From Tubiluchus corallicola (taxonomy: Eukaryota; Animalia; Priapulida), in assembly GCA_030141605.1 (NCBI GenBank), contig JAQGDQ010000106.1:1-64000 (forward strand): DNA of 64,000 nt, given 5' to 3'. The notes below the pieces were generated by a model. It did not search any database. It saw only the letters and a list, made by a program, of their open reading frames with translations, and had not been told where the DNA came from. A program made the position numbers and the translations under genes. Positions 42,233 through 54,339 of the stretch are shown here, piece by piece (the first letter of the stretch is position 1; every line of letters starts with the position of its first letter).

Positions 42233-45200
42233 CATCAGTAGTTAAATCAATTATTCTAGAGTTTGGGCTTGTTGGATTTTCATGCTCTTGCAAATTTAGT
42301 TAATATATTTGTATGTAATGATGAGTGAGGGAGGGAGGGGGCGTGTGTAAATAAAATGCCTTTTTTCGTATGCGTCAAGTGATGATAATTGTAATTAGTA
42401 ATAATGATTTGCAAGTTTGTCTTAGTTCCTCGTATTTTACTATTTTATTGTTCTATTCGTCACAATTTCTCTGTATTATTTCATGCTAATCAAAGTTGAA
42501 ACATTTTTGATGACAGTTCTTCAATAGTAGAGCTTTTTGTTTCTTTGTGGAATTTAATTTGCCAAAATACTGTCATATGAAATACAGGGTGACATCCAGT
42601 CATCTCTTGCATGTCATTACACAATATCAGCAATTAATACTCACTTTATAACAATATTGCTTACCAGTCTTAATTTTTTTTTAGTAATTTTATGTGGTGT
42701 TGAGCAGAAACTGTTTTGGTTAGATTAATAAAGCAATTTATATTTCAATCGACTGGTAATTAATGAAGAAATGGATTTCCTTTCTGCTATGAGTAACTTA
42801 TTTTATAATAGTAGACATGCATGGTTTTGTGATTTTTTTACAAATGAAAATTACTCCTTGATATAAAACTTTTACTTCAATTTTCCTCTTAAGGTAATTT
42901 TAAGTTTCCTTTAGTATCAAGAAGTTTTCATCAATGTGTAGCTAGAGAAATCTGAAAACTCCATACCTTAAGGTGTTTTAAATTCTAATCTAAGAAATTC
43001 TGTAGCTGTTTTTCATGCCATTACTGAATTGGCTTTTATAGAGTACAAGAAACTTTTCACATAGATGTGACAACCTGCCAAAGTTTTCCTTTAGGATTTT
43101 TTCGTTTTTGATAGCTAGTGAACTGTATGATTACAGAACCTTTTGTGTATATCTACCAAGTTTTGCAGTTCGTCTGCAAGAACTGAAAACTACCAGATAA
43201 CTATCTTTCAGTTCACTTTATTAGTTTATACCTTTTCTCATTAGCTGCTTTTACTACAATTAATAACAAAAACTATAATTATTTTAAATTTTAGACTTAC
43301 TCTGTTATATCTGCACATCACTAAATTTGTTTGCAGATGAAGCATTTATGAAAATATGAGCAAGATTTGAAGATGTGTTACAGGTATATAAAGGCACTTG
43401 TCACACTAAGCAACATTTACATTGTGAAGCACTGTTTTTAAGCTCTGTTACTGTGCATGCAAAGCACGGGTAATTGTGGTTCTACTTTGCACATAAAAAA
43501 TCTGTTTTGTATAACTAATTTTTTGCAAGTTTAATCTGAGGTGGTAAATTTTAATCTGCTGGAAAATAATACAGCATTTGTATTGAGCACTTGTGAAAAT
43601 GTTTTACATGGTTAAAACAGAGTTCTTTTTCTAAGCAAAATTCCAGTGTACAAATTTTAGTTCGCTTTAAAACAATAATTCGGAAGTGCTTGTAAGGATT
43701 GAATTATCAGTTGTGTCACTGGGCTTGATAATTCGTTTTTGCTTTGTATCCATTTTTGATGCAGGCTCATATATTTTTGAACACTAACCTTATATGCAGT
43801 AAATAATGTATATTATTAACCTACATATGTAAATAGTTAGTCAATGCATTTTATTGATCATTAATGCAAGTTTGCGAGTGAATAGCATAACACGAGCCGT
43901 AATTAAGCAAAAACTTCTGGAAAGTTGTCGCACAATCTGTAATTGTTACCATCGCACCAGTATGTTGATAAAACCAATTCAACTAGACAACTACATATTA
44001 TCAAAATTTTCGATGGTTTAATCATGGTTTTCTGTACGATGTTTGAAACTGGTAAACATATTACGTAAATTAAGAAGATTTGATACTAGGCTTATACACT
44101 GCACACAAAAGTATTTCTATGTAAATAATAATCTGACTGTAGAGATTTTATCAACAATGAGTAATGTTTATTAAATGTTTATGTGATAATTATTGAATAC
44201 ACCCTAAGTTAGTGTTTTTTTTCCTTTTAATATGATAAATCATTTACCAAATAATAATCATGATGATTCGACAAGAAATCAGCAAAATTTATTGAAATGG
44301 TGGAAAACATAATTGAGCCATTTGTTACTAATACATAACAGAACAACAAGGAAAACATTCACGATTTTTAGTACTCGTGTGAGTGAATCAGAATGCTACT
44401 GAAGAAATGACTGTACAGACCAATACACTGTGAATTTACATTATCCTGTAATTTGTGTTGTTAATGCCACATAAATAGACAAAAGTTACTTCATGAATAG
44501 GTTTAATATTTAATTCAATTGGAACATATAACGAATGATCGTGTATATAAAAATCAATATCCTACTAAATGTATTATTAAGGTCAATATATAGCATCACG
44601 AGCCTGGTAACATTTTTGAGTGGTCTCACTGATTTCTGCCCACAGTGGACCCCTAAATAATACATGTGATTAATGAAAGCTGGTAGTATTATGAAAACTC
44701 ATGCAACAATAGCAACTATTAATAATTTTTTGCTCTAAAGCCAAATGACACTCATTTTAACTGTTAAACGTTAATAATTTGTTGCTCAAAAGCTAAATGA
44801 CACTTTCAGTTTAACTGCTAAATGTTTTGTGATGATCTTTATACTGTATATGCAGGAAAGCAGCTGACATTAGTTGCCAATACATTTTTATGATAAACTA
44901 ATTTATCATAAATTCATTTATTCAAATCAAAAACTTGCGAATAACAGGTTCCAAGCCAGTTTGACCCTTTGTCACTATTAAGATGAAATGATAATTCATC
45001 TATAATATGTGGATTCATACTATATTCTATAGCAGGCTGCCAGTTACCTCTCACTGACAAATGATGGTTAAATTTTTGTTTATCACATTGCCTTAACAAG
45101 TGTGGATTAGTTACTCTTGCTTTGTTTATTACTCAGTATAGTAATAGGTTACAGGAAATTTTCATTGTGCATACACGGTTTTATAAGTGAAACAAAATCA

Positions 45201-45406
45201 TTCTTAAATTCTACCAAATGCATTTACACGACGTGTTACTGACAAACAGTATTAACAGCCCAAATTATTCGGGTGAATCCAAGACTTGCTGCTTGCATGC
45301 ATACCACATGCCCAAAATGTGGTTAAATATTAGTAAATAACGTACTCTACCAAGAATCCCAGATTTTAAAACTTAACCAAATCACAAAATAAAATACTTT
45401 CACTAA

Positions 45407-45595
45407 AGAGGCATTTACCAGACATCCGGAATTGGTTGTCCATCTGTGGAATAGCTTCGTATAAAAATCATAAGGAAACAGCTGCAGAAAAAATAACGCA
45501 TTACGTCTGATAAGTGGTACATTGAGAACAATATAGACTGATTTTATTTATTCCGTAAAATGCATACACATTCCGGGTGTCTGGTAAACGGCACT
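45407..45595. mobile_element. PIF/Harbinger (Tourist-like) MITE
   Basis: Imperfect 26-bp TIR AGAGGCATTTACCAGACATCCGGAAT / ATTCCGGGTGTCTGGTAAACGGCACT with TAA on both sides. Confidence 0.82.
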
Positions 45596-46147
45596 TAATG
45601 TAGGATTCGAGCTATCAATAACGACTCGATCTAACTACATTAACAGGACAAGTTTACATACATCATTTGCCTGTGTTCCACTCTTTGCTTGGCCATCCAA
45701 CCAGTTTGGATGCTTGAGGTATGAAACGATTCGCTAAGGCTTTATTTTTCAATTTATGGGGACCAGAAAATAAAAGAAAGCCAAAACGTCAAAAACCACA
45801 TTTTTTTATTATTTTGAATGTTTAGCAAAGTTATAAATTTGTGATGTGTTTTGTGCACACGAATGTGCTGTCGTAGTATGAAACAAAAGGTACTGTTCAG
45901 TTCAGCATTTATTTCGCAGAGTGTTAATTCTGTATCAATGCATCAGGATATATTTCATTACAGTATGTGTATCGCCAAAGTGCACTCGTATCGTGGTAAT
46001 CTGAGTCAATGATATTCAGCAAATCAGCACCCTTGACTGTATGCTGATTAAAACAATGTGAAGTAATTCAAGTAATAGCTGTAGAGTGCACTATAGATAA
46101 GTATCAATCAAAGGCATTGCTAGCACTCAAGGTGTTCGAAAAGAACA

Positions 46148-46225
46148 AGCTGTTTAATCTGTAGTAGACTATTTACATTGTTTGCAAGCTGTTTAATCTA
46201 TAGTAGACTAATTACATTGTTTGCA
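46148..46225. repeat. 39-bp tandem duplication (2 copies)
   Basis: AAGCTGTTTAATCT.TAGTAGACTA.TTACATTGTTTGC occurs twice. Confidence 0.9.
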
Positions 46226-47321
46226 TATAAACTTGTGAAACAGCAAATATGAACTACTAAATGCATGAGCAACAGTTGAACCTAAAGTATTGGTAAGTTT
46301 TGCTTTTCTGGTGGCTTACAATGTAAACAATAGCCTACACATTACACTAGTAATAAATAATAATCGAATTGTTTTAGCATTTAGCAATCCTAAAACTGTT
46401 GATTGATAAATACGTTTAGCATTTATTATCAACAGTTTCATATAGTTTTTTATAAAGCCTACAAACATTAACTTAGGTGTGTTGTGACACGTATCTTTGC
46501 GTGATATGCATCATATCGTGACCTAGGTGTACTGTTACAGCCTTAGAGTGTATCACAGACAGTTTTGTTTTCTGAATTTGCAAAAGTTACATAAATAGGC
46601 TCAACTCAAGAAAACTATTTTTGGAGTTAATGGGTAGTTTCACATGAAAAGCAAACTGCCAGATGAAAACAGACATGATTTCCGTTATTGTTACTCGCTC
46701 ATAGCATTAATTATTAGTTTATATACCCACCAAGAACACGTGGAGATAAGTGATTTAAAAGTGTGATAACTTGCTAGATAATTTTGCCTTATCTTAAATA
46801 CTGTTCCACAAAATTTTCCGGACAGGCTTGACAGACTGTTGTAACAGCTACTCAAAAGTAGGCCTCAATAAAGTGTGCAAATCCCTTTTTGCATGTAGAA
46901 ATATCCAGCAAATTTTGGTTAGTGAGATACCTGGCTTCAACTTTTGAAAATTTTCTGGACAAAGACCCCCAGACCACCCATCAGTGGCTTTGTACCTTGG
47001 CACTCGCCATCATGATTAGGTTTGATTAACTGCCCCCCCCCCCCCCCGTATTTCAGAAGTGATCTGTGCCCACGAAACAGTGAATTATTTCAGTGGAATA
47101 TCAAATTTCAAACACAAAGATCTTCCTAATGAGTTTAACTGAACGCAAAAAAATTGAGGAATTTTCAACTCTGGCACATAACAGCTATATATACTTACAT
47201 GTACAAATCATAAAAATCTGTTATACAAAATTCATATCAAGTCTGCATAAAACTTATTTAAGTTCAATGGCAACATCACAAGTTTAGGTAAAAATATATT
47301 TAGCTAAGTCAACACACGAGG

Positions 47322-47392
47322 TTATAGTTCTTCTTTATCATCTTTGCGAGTGATTTTGAGCAATTCTACCTCAAACACGAGCGTTGCACCAC
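47322..47392 (-). CDS. FKBP2: FKBP2 coding exon 4
   Basis: [22 protein letters not shown]; TTTTTAG acceptor. Confidence 0.95.
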
Positions 47393-50300
47393 CTAAAAAC
47401 AGAAAACTAAATTTTTACAGAAATTTAATGCTCTTAGAGCGATCTAGGCAACATAAGGCCTAAAATTCTCACAAAAACTAGTATGGCTTACTACAGTGCA
47501 CAATCAGTGTGAGATCTACAGTTTCTTAGTTTGCAACATGTGTTAACTGAGTCAAATATTGCCTATCAAAGTTCTAAGCATCCACAGAACTTCCACAAAC
47601 ACGTCACAGCCACCAAAAAAGATTCAGGATGTGACAGTCCACAGTCTTACCTAGCTGATTAAAAATGTTCTGAAATACAAATTTAAATTAGTAAATATTT
47701 TAAGTACAAGATTAGGTGAAAAGATAAGTCACAAAAAATGACCTGTAAAAATTATTTTTAATTTCGAAACTTAGTCATAATAAGCATGCTGCCACTGAAA
47801 TTGATACTTCTGAAACTTAGTACTACTTCTTACCTATCATGGCTATAACGGTAACGATTGCAATTCTAACTTGAACTTTTCAAATTAAAAAAATCTATTT
47901 GGAAATTTACTGATAAACCAGTCACGTTTCACAGAAAAAAAATTATTGACACATTTAAATCATATTATGAAAAAAGAGCCTGCGTGCGGATGACAGATTT
48001 TATTTTGCTACAGCTGAATATCAAATGAGTCACCAGGGCTGGAATTTTATTTTATAGGCCACTGGCCTATAGATACCGTGGCCCGCAGTGACAATCATAC
48101 AGCAGCTCTTTTATTTGGTTAATTTGACTTCATCAATGTTTTTTTACCTATACTGTTTTTTTCCAATCATATTGTATGTTGATGTATTGTATATGTATTG
48201 ATGTATTGCCTGGAGTAAAATACATTGATTTGATTGTTTGATTTGATTTGATATGCACAAATTACAACAAATAAATTACTGTATTTTAATGTACATCATA
48301 AAATATACTGTTACTAGTACTAATTAACTTATTCACCAACAGGCTCTTTGAAGCTACTATAAATCTATGTACTTATACTGCCCCCTAGAGACATTTGTTT
48401 TTAATAGTAGTATTTCAGACTTTGATAAATTATTAGTGTTTTTTTTTCACTTAATCTCTGGAGGCTCCACAGCTGGCAGAGGCCCCTAGGCTGCAGCCCA
48501 TAAAGCCAATCCCTTAATCCATCACTGTGAGTCGCATGTCAGGCAACACTGATAATGTACAAATTTAATTTTTTACCCATCCACACGATTTAGATGATGG
48601 CTAGGATAGACTGATGACATATACAAGCTACCTTGCTTACTAAAAAAATACGAATTTCGTTACATAAAAATATTTTGTAAAAAACTCCTTAATTTGCGAT
48701 AGGCAAGATTGCATTTTGGTAACTTAAGCTAAATAACATTAGTGATTTGCGAATTTTTTCCTCTGGCGTGACCTTGATTTGTAACACGCTACCACGCGTA
48801 TTCAAGGTTTTTGTTGTCTATGTTGAGAAGCTTATCATAAACAGCAGCGATTTGGCAATCTCAATAGCAGGGTGCTGCAATACAGGAAACCAAACTGGCA
48901 CTTAGTTTTAAAGCCTGTTCAGTTCACTGTTAGTGAAAAGACCTTAGTTGTTAGCAAACACATACCAACTTACCGGGTATTTTAGGGGGAGCACCACGAG
49001 AACCATATCCTAAATCAGATGGAATGATCAACTTTCTTTTTTCTCCTTCACACATTCTGAAATAGACACAAATAAGATATTTATGAAAGTAGTAATGCAA
49101 CACATTTGTTCAGGTTTCTTCGAATACACGCTGGGCGGGCTCCACACAATACGAAACAGGAACATCAATATTTTTTGCAGATGCATCTCACAAAACAAAG
49201 TGGACGTGAAAACTGCTAAGTAATGTGTATACGTAAATTTACTAAGCCAAGGATTTTCAAAAACTAAAGCTCCTTCTAGTAGTATAACCAGTATTGTACA
49301 AAGTATAGTTTGGTACAGCACAATACCACAGTACAGAACTATTTAATAACAACCACCTTATTTCAAAAGGTCTTCGGCACTAGAAGCAGCTTTTATGTTT
49401 ATTAACTAATACTGCCAAATGCAAAACTTGTTTGCTTGTTGAATATTGATACCAAAACTGCTCTATAGACTGCTACAGTCCAATTTACAAAATTTACCAA
49501 ACAATATTAGAGACAATATCGGCCTTCTATTCGCTATAGTTTATTTTATACAAAAAGTTACAAAGATCTGTTACAGTGAGTTATCATTCCAGTTTAGTAA
49601 TTTGGGCATTTGGAATTAACAACTGAAGAAGCACCAACTAAGTATTCGCTACAGCAGAACCAATGCTTGAAATAACTTTCAATTTCACGCTATACTCTGA
49701 AACAAATTATTACTTATTAAAAGTTAATTGTTGAAAATAACTACACAGCATTTCACATACAAAAATATGTTTAAGAAAGTAATCATTTTACCCAATAAGA
49801 CCTTGATCCCAGCCTTTAATAACCTGTCCCGAGCCTAGAGTAAATACAAATGGTTCTTTGCTGCTGTCAAATTCTGAGCCATCTTCTAATGTACCCTGTT
49901 CAGTTTGTCCAAAAAAAGACGTTTACTAATGTACTTTACTTTGCAGAACATGTAAAAAAGTTTATTGCAAATTAAACATAACTGTGCTCTCTTCCTTTGA
50001 GACACTGTTGTACAATCACATGCATCACAATAAGATAAATAAAAATCACTCTCACGTATTACTTTCAGACCCTGACACCGCTGCACTGTATCACCGCCAC
50101 TGCAAATTTTTTCAGAGAACAGCCTCAGTTACATTTTATCGGCACCCTGTACAGTGAATTATACAGGGTTCCACAACGGCATGCATGCAAAACTTACCAA
50201 AGATCAACTAATGAGACAAGGTATGAAAGCAAAAAAAATAAAAATCCATTTACAGTCCAGTGGAACCAGAATCACAGACTACAGCATGCCTTTTCAACAA

Positions 50301-52102
50301 ACAATAGTGCGAAAGAAAAACAATAAAAATTGATAACTTTTTATACCATTTCCTCCCTTTGTCGTGCAAAAAAATGTCTGGGGATGCCGCACGTACAATA
50401 GGGGTGTGCAACAGCACTCAGCCACTGTAATAATACAGGTCTATACAACTAAAGATTTTGTCAGCTAAATATGTCACTAAAATTGGGACCTCTCAACTAG
50501 TTTGAGGAAAGCTGGTGATATGGCACGTTACAGCACAGAAGACATATAAGAGTTTAGAATTATGTTATTGTCTAAAGCCATCATCCCACACAATTTTTTA
50601 GTGTTACCTAGCAGACACCGCAGAGGTGAGCACTTTTTACAGGAAGTAATAAATTGGGGTTTTAAGGACGAACATCAATGCTTCTATATAATTTCTAAAA
50701 ATATTATAGATTGTCACATCAAATACACTACATAGATGTAGCCTGTTTAGTATGTACTGTAATCAGTTTTATCATTACAATATACTTCCCAAATCTACAT
50801 GTTCCTGATTTCGAAAATTAGATTTCGTGTTTAATTCAATTTAGACTTTTACTTCAGCACTCTTTCATTCATTAATACAAAATGATTCATTAAAGCTGGT
50901 CACAAAAAAAACTGTTTCTGTATTACCACCTAGGAAGAGAGGAAATTTTTTTAAAGCTTTATGAATGTTTAAAACTGAATCGTGGTTAAAATCAGTTGAA
51001 ATCAAAGTTTGTTTATTTCTCACTGGCTAGCAGTAATGTTTCAAATCTTTTCGATGCACATTTTATTTTTACATGCTTTGTTTTTTAGTTTTTATTTCAC
51101 GTTAATAAATCAGCATATAATTATCGATTATTATATAGTTTCTTTTTTGAATGGTATGAAGTACGAATGTATGTTCTGATAATTATGGTAAAGTGGGAAC
51201 ACTACTGCTCGTTAATACGCTAATTGGCCGAAAATATGATACTCTTTAGCCTCCAATATGACAATCAGCATCACACAAAAAGGCAACCTTGGGCAAGAGT
51301 TAACAATAGAAAGCACGGCTACATTCTTGCTGAAACAGCAACATTTTAATAATTATTGCATTTTAAGTTTTAAATTGATAAAATGCTTTTATATGACTGA
51401 GTCAGGTAAGCATATGAGCATTAAAAATTCCAGATCGGGTGTGCAATAAAAAAGTATTACCCCGGTGATTAGATGGAGTAGAAGTATTTTTATTGTGGCC
51501 CAATGAATTGACTTATGACGGTGAACTTTACTTGTGAAAACATATTAGCTGGTGATTATTTATCATTTACATAGGAGTACCTTACTTGCCACCATTGTTT
51601 TTCATTGTAGCTACGCCGGTGAAAAATTGAAGTTTGCACTGCTGAGTGCACATAATATCAGCATCAGGGTCTGATTACCTTTCTAGCTTTAAATGCAACT
51701 GCTAGATCTATGACAGTGTTACTTAGAATATCATCCACTTTCAAATTAATGATAGAACATTACGATTATTTTTAGACTAAATGACATTGTTTATCTTAAA
51801 AGACATCTTTCAATAAACATTCATTATACTAATTTTACAAACAAATGATAGTAAACCATATAGTACAGTCATGCAGAGTAATATGTCTAACTGCAATACT
51901 ATATGTAAAAATCAAAATGGGCCAAAATCATACATACAGTGTACATCATGGAAAGACTGTCTCCTTTGCGTGACTTCATGTCACATTTTACAGGCCGGTG
52001 TTTTACGCCAATCTGCAGTTTTGTTGTCTTTTTGTCCTCCTCAGCACACACATTTCCCAGAACAAACAGCAACACAGTCAGCTGATAGAACGATACTTCC
52101 AT
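47322..52102 (-). CDS. FKBP2: Peptidyl-prolyl cis-trans isomerase FKBP2 (FKBP13), ER-luminal, spliced gene
   Basis: Exons 52102-51938, 49895-49792, 49056-48974 and 47392-47322 are GT-AG bounded and in phase (423 nt, 140 aa). Signal-peptide-like N-terminus, then [102 protein letters not shown], ending in KEEL (KDEL-like). Confidence 0.96.
48034..48527. mobile_element. hAT-type MITE in the last FKBP2 intron
   Basis: Termini CAGGGCTGGA / TCCATCACTG; 8-bp TSD TGAGTCAC / TGAGTCGC. Confidence 0.78.
48974..49056 (-). CDS. FKBP2: FKBP2 coding exon 3
   Basis: [27 protein letters not shown]; TTTCAG acceptor and GTAAGT donor. Confidence 0.95.
49792..49895 (-). CDS. FKBP2: FKBP2 coding exon 2
   Basis: [34 protein letters not shown]; AACAG acceptor and GTAAAA donor. 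Confidence 0.95.
51938..52102 (-). CDS. FKBP2: FKBP2 coding exon 1
   Basis: ATG at 52102; donor ACT|GTATGT; signal peptide plus KLQIGVK. Confidence 0.93.
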
Positions 52103-53566
52103 GATTTACTAAGTTATATAAAATTCTATCCTGCAAATATATAAACTGATTAACAATGATCAGCTTCGGATCTTACTATGGATGCCATGTATGCTTCTTT
52201 TTTTAGCCAGTTGCATCCAAATGACCTTGATTTATATAAATGCCATTCAAATGCACTCCAAACCTAGTGAGAAAAATTGCTTTATTGGAGGAATTGATGC
52301 ACGTATGCCATTTCTTACCCAATTAGGAGTGTGCAGATGCAATGCATTTACCCTTCTCAATAATATTATTGTTATAAAGCCTTTAAGATGAAAATTATAA
52401 ACAAGAAAAATATGTATATATATATATATATATATCTACATGAACAATTACTGTTAAATTATATAATTACAGCGCAACAAGTTAAAGAACAAATAGCTCC
52501 ATAGGACAAGGCAAGGTTAAATGCCTGTTTTCCTTTCTGCAGAAAAACAGGCCTAATTACAACCTCACACAGTAGACCAATGAGATAAAAAATGTCCATC
52601 AAATCACAAATTTGTAATTTGTTTCACCCAGCTGCAGTTCTCACTTGTGGTTTTTCAGAAAAAGACAATTTGTTTCCAATGTATGGTTTAGTCTTTACAC
52701 CTACACAGAGACTACAGGAACTACACTGATTATTAAACATTTGCTAGTTTTGAAAATGACAATGCTGTCTATATAAATCCTTGAGCACGAAAGTTGCTTA
52801 ACGTACTGTAGTTACTGCACCAATGCTTTTGATAGTTCAGATAAGTATCTCGGCTAGAAAACAAATGCTCTCCAGATTACACTTTACTCTTTGCACAATA
52901 TGATTGGTTTGGTACTTCTAAAAGCCCTTTTATTGCGCATACTAGTGGAACAGGGTTAAAATATTAATAATAATATATTACAAGCGACTTATTCGACGCT
53001 GCATTGTTCTTAGCGCATACTTCTTAGGTAAGGGTTTTAGCGCTTATGAAATACCAACTTAACTGCAAAGGCATCCCCGATTTCTTTCAACCTATTTTCC
53101 GGAAACAACATTTTAGCAACTGCTATAGTCAAGTTGAAAACTGATTTTAATCGATAATAAAGCCCAACATCAATAATCAAGCACACTGAGAAAAAAGTAA
53201 ACAAGTAACACTAGGTAAAAATACAAAATCTGCAAACGTTTGGCTTACTGAGATAAATCACAACGACGACTTTATATTACTATTAGTTTATTTTTACGAT
53301 TACTTTCCTCGATATACTGACTACCGTGTGTCACGGACACGTGTGACAATGCGGGTGAAGCGTCACAGTCACACACCGCGCGATGAAACAAAAGCGACAA
53401 TCCTGAACAGTAGAGTGATTTTCGGTTTTGTTTTGTTATGCGCATTCACAACCACAATCAGTGATCCTGGGTGATTCCTGACGTCTGCAGCTGCCGAATT
53501 TTGCTGACAGCCTGACATGTACGCTTATCACGTAACTACACGAAAGCAATACTAAATTGAAGCATT

Positions 53567-53648
53567 AAAAAAGGTTGCACCGCCACTGGAACTCGAACCC
53601 AAACATTCTACTTTCTGGGCAGCCATGCTAACATTATTTTATGCTACA
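53567..53648 (-). pseudogene. tRNA-derived sequence (tRNA pseudogene or SINE head)
   Basis: Minus strand has an anticodon-like arm CTGC-CCAGAAA-GTAG, a T arm TTGGG-TTCGAGT-TCCAG with a B box, then T6. The acceptor stem does not pair. Confidence 0.6.
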
Positions 53649-54339
53649 AATATTACGAAATCAATCGCATAAATTATTTTTGTCGTTAGTAGTTGCTCAG
53701 ATAGGGGTAGTAATTCTGATATTTATGACATCTACTCTAGATATTATTAGCAAAAAATAGTATAAAGCAATCTTAGTCCATGGGCAAGAAGATTATCATA
53801 CACTTCATAGTGGTAGTAAGTCTAAAATTAGTGTTAAATTACAATGTACTTAAATTTTTATTTCTGTCAGTTCCCAGTTCGTCATAATTTTGTCAGAAAC
53901 CAGTTCTATACCTTTTGAGTTTAACTTATTCCAACAAGTTTATTATAGCTTATTAAATAAGTCAACTGTGTTGTCCAAGCACTTGTGGCATGATCATAAA
54001 CCCCTGGATTAACAGATCTCAGATTCACATAAAATCATCAAAATAATAATTAGTAAAATGATGTACCAGGGCAATTGCAAAAAGGGATGATACTGCACTA
54101 TGCATGTAAAGACCAAGGCAAAGTTCACACAAAATAAATCATGTATTCTGCTGGTAGCACAATGGAAACAAGTTTAAAACCGTTGAAGATATATGGAAGA
54201 CGAAAAGACTCCTGTCACAGCAGGGATTTTGCTGTGGATGTCACACCTGTACAACCATAAGTCATTTTGCATAGAGTACACTTGCTGCCAGTGACTGCCT
54301 TATAAAGCCTTTTGTTGTATACAGTGTCCCTGCTGCTAT

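Noticed and set aside
53567-53648. Functional tRNA-Ser(AGA)
   Set aside because: No acceptor-stem pairing, a degraded D arm, no long variable arm and no U before the anticodon.
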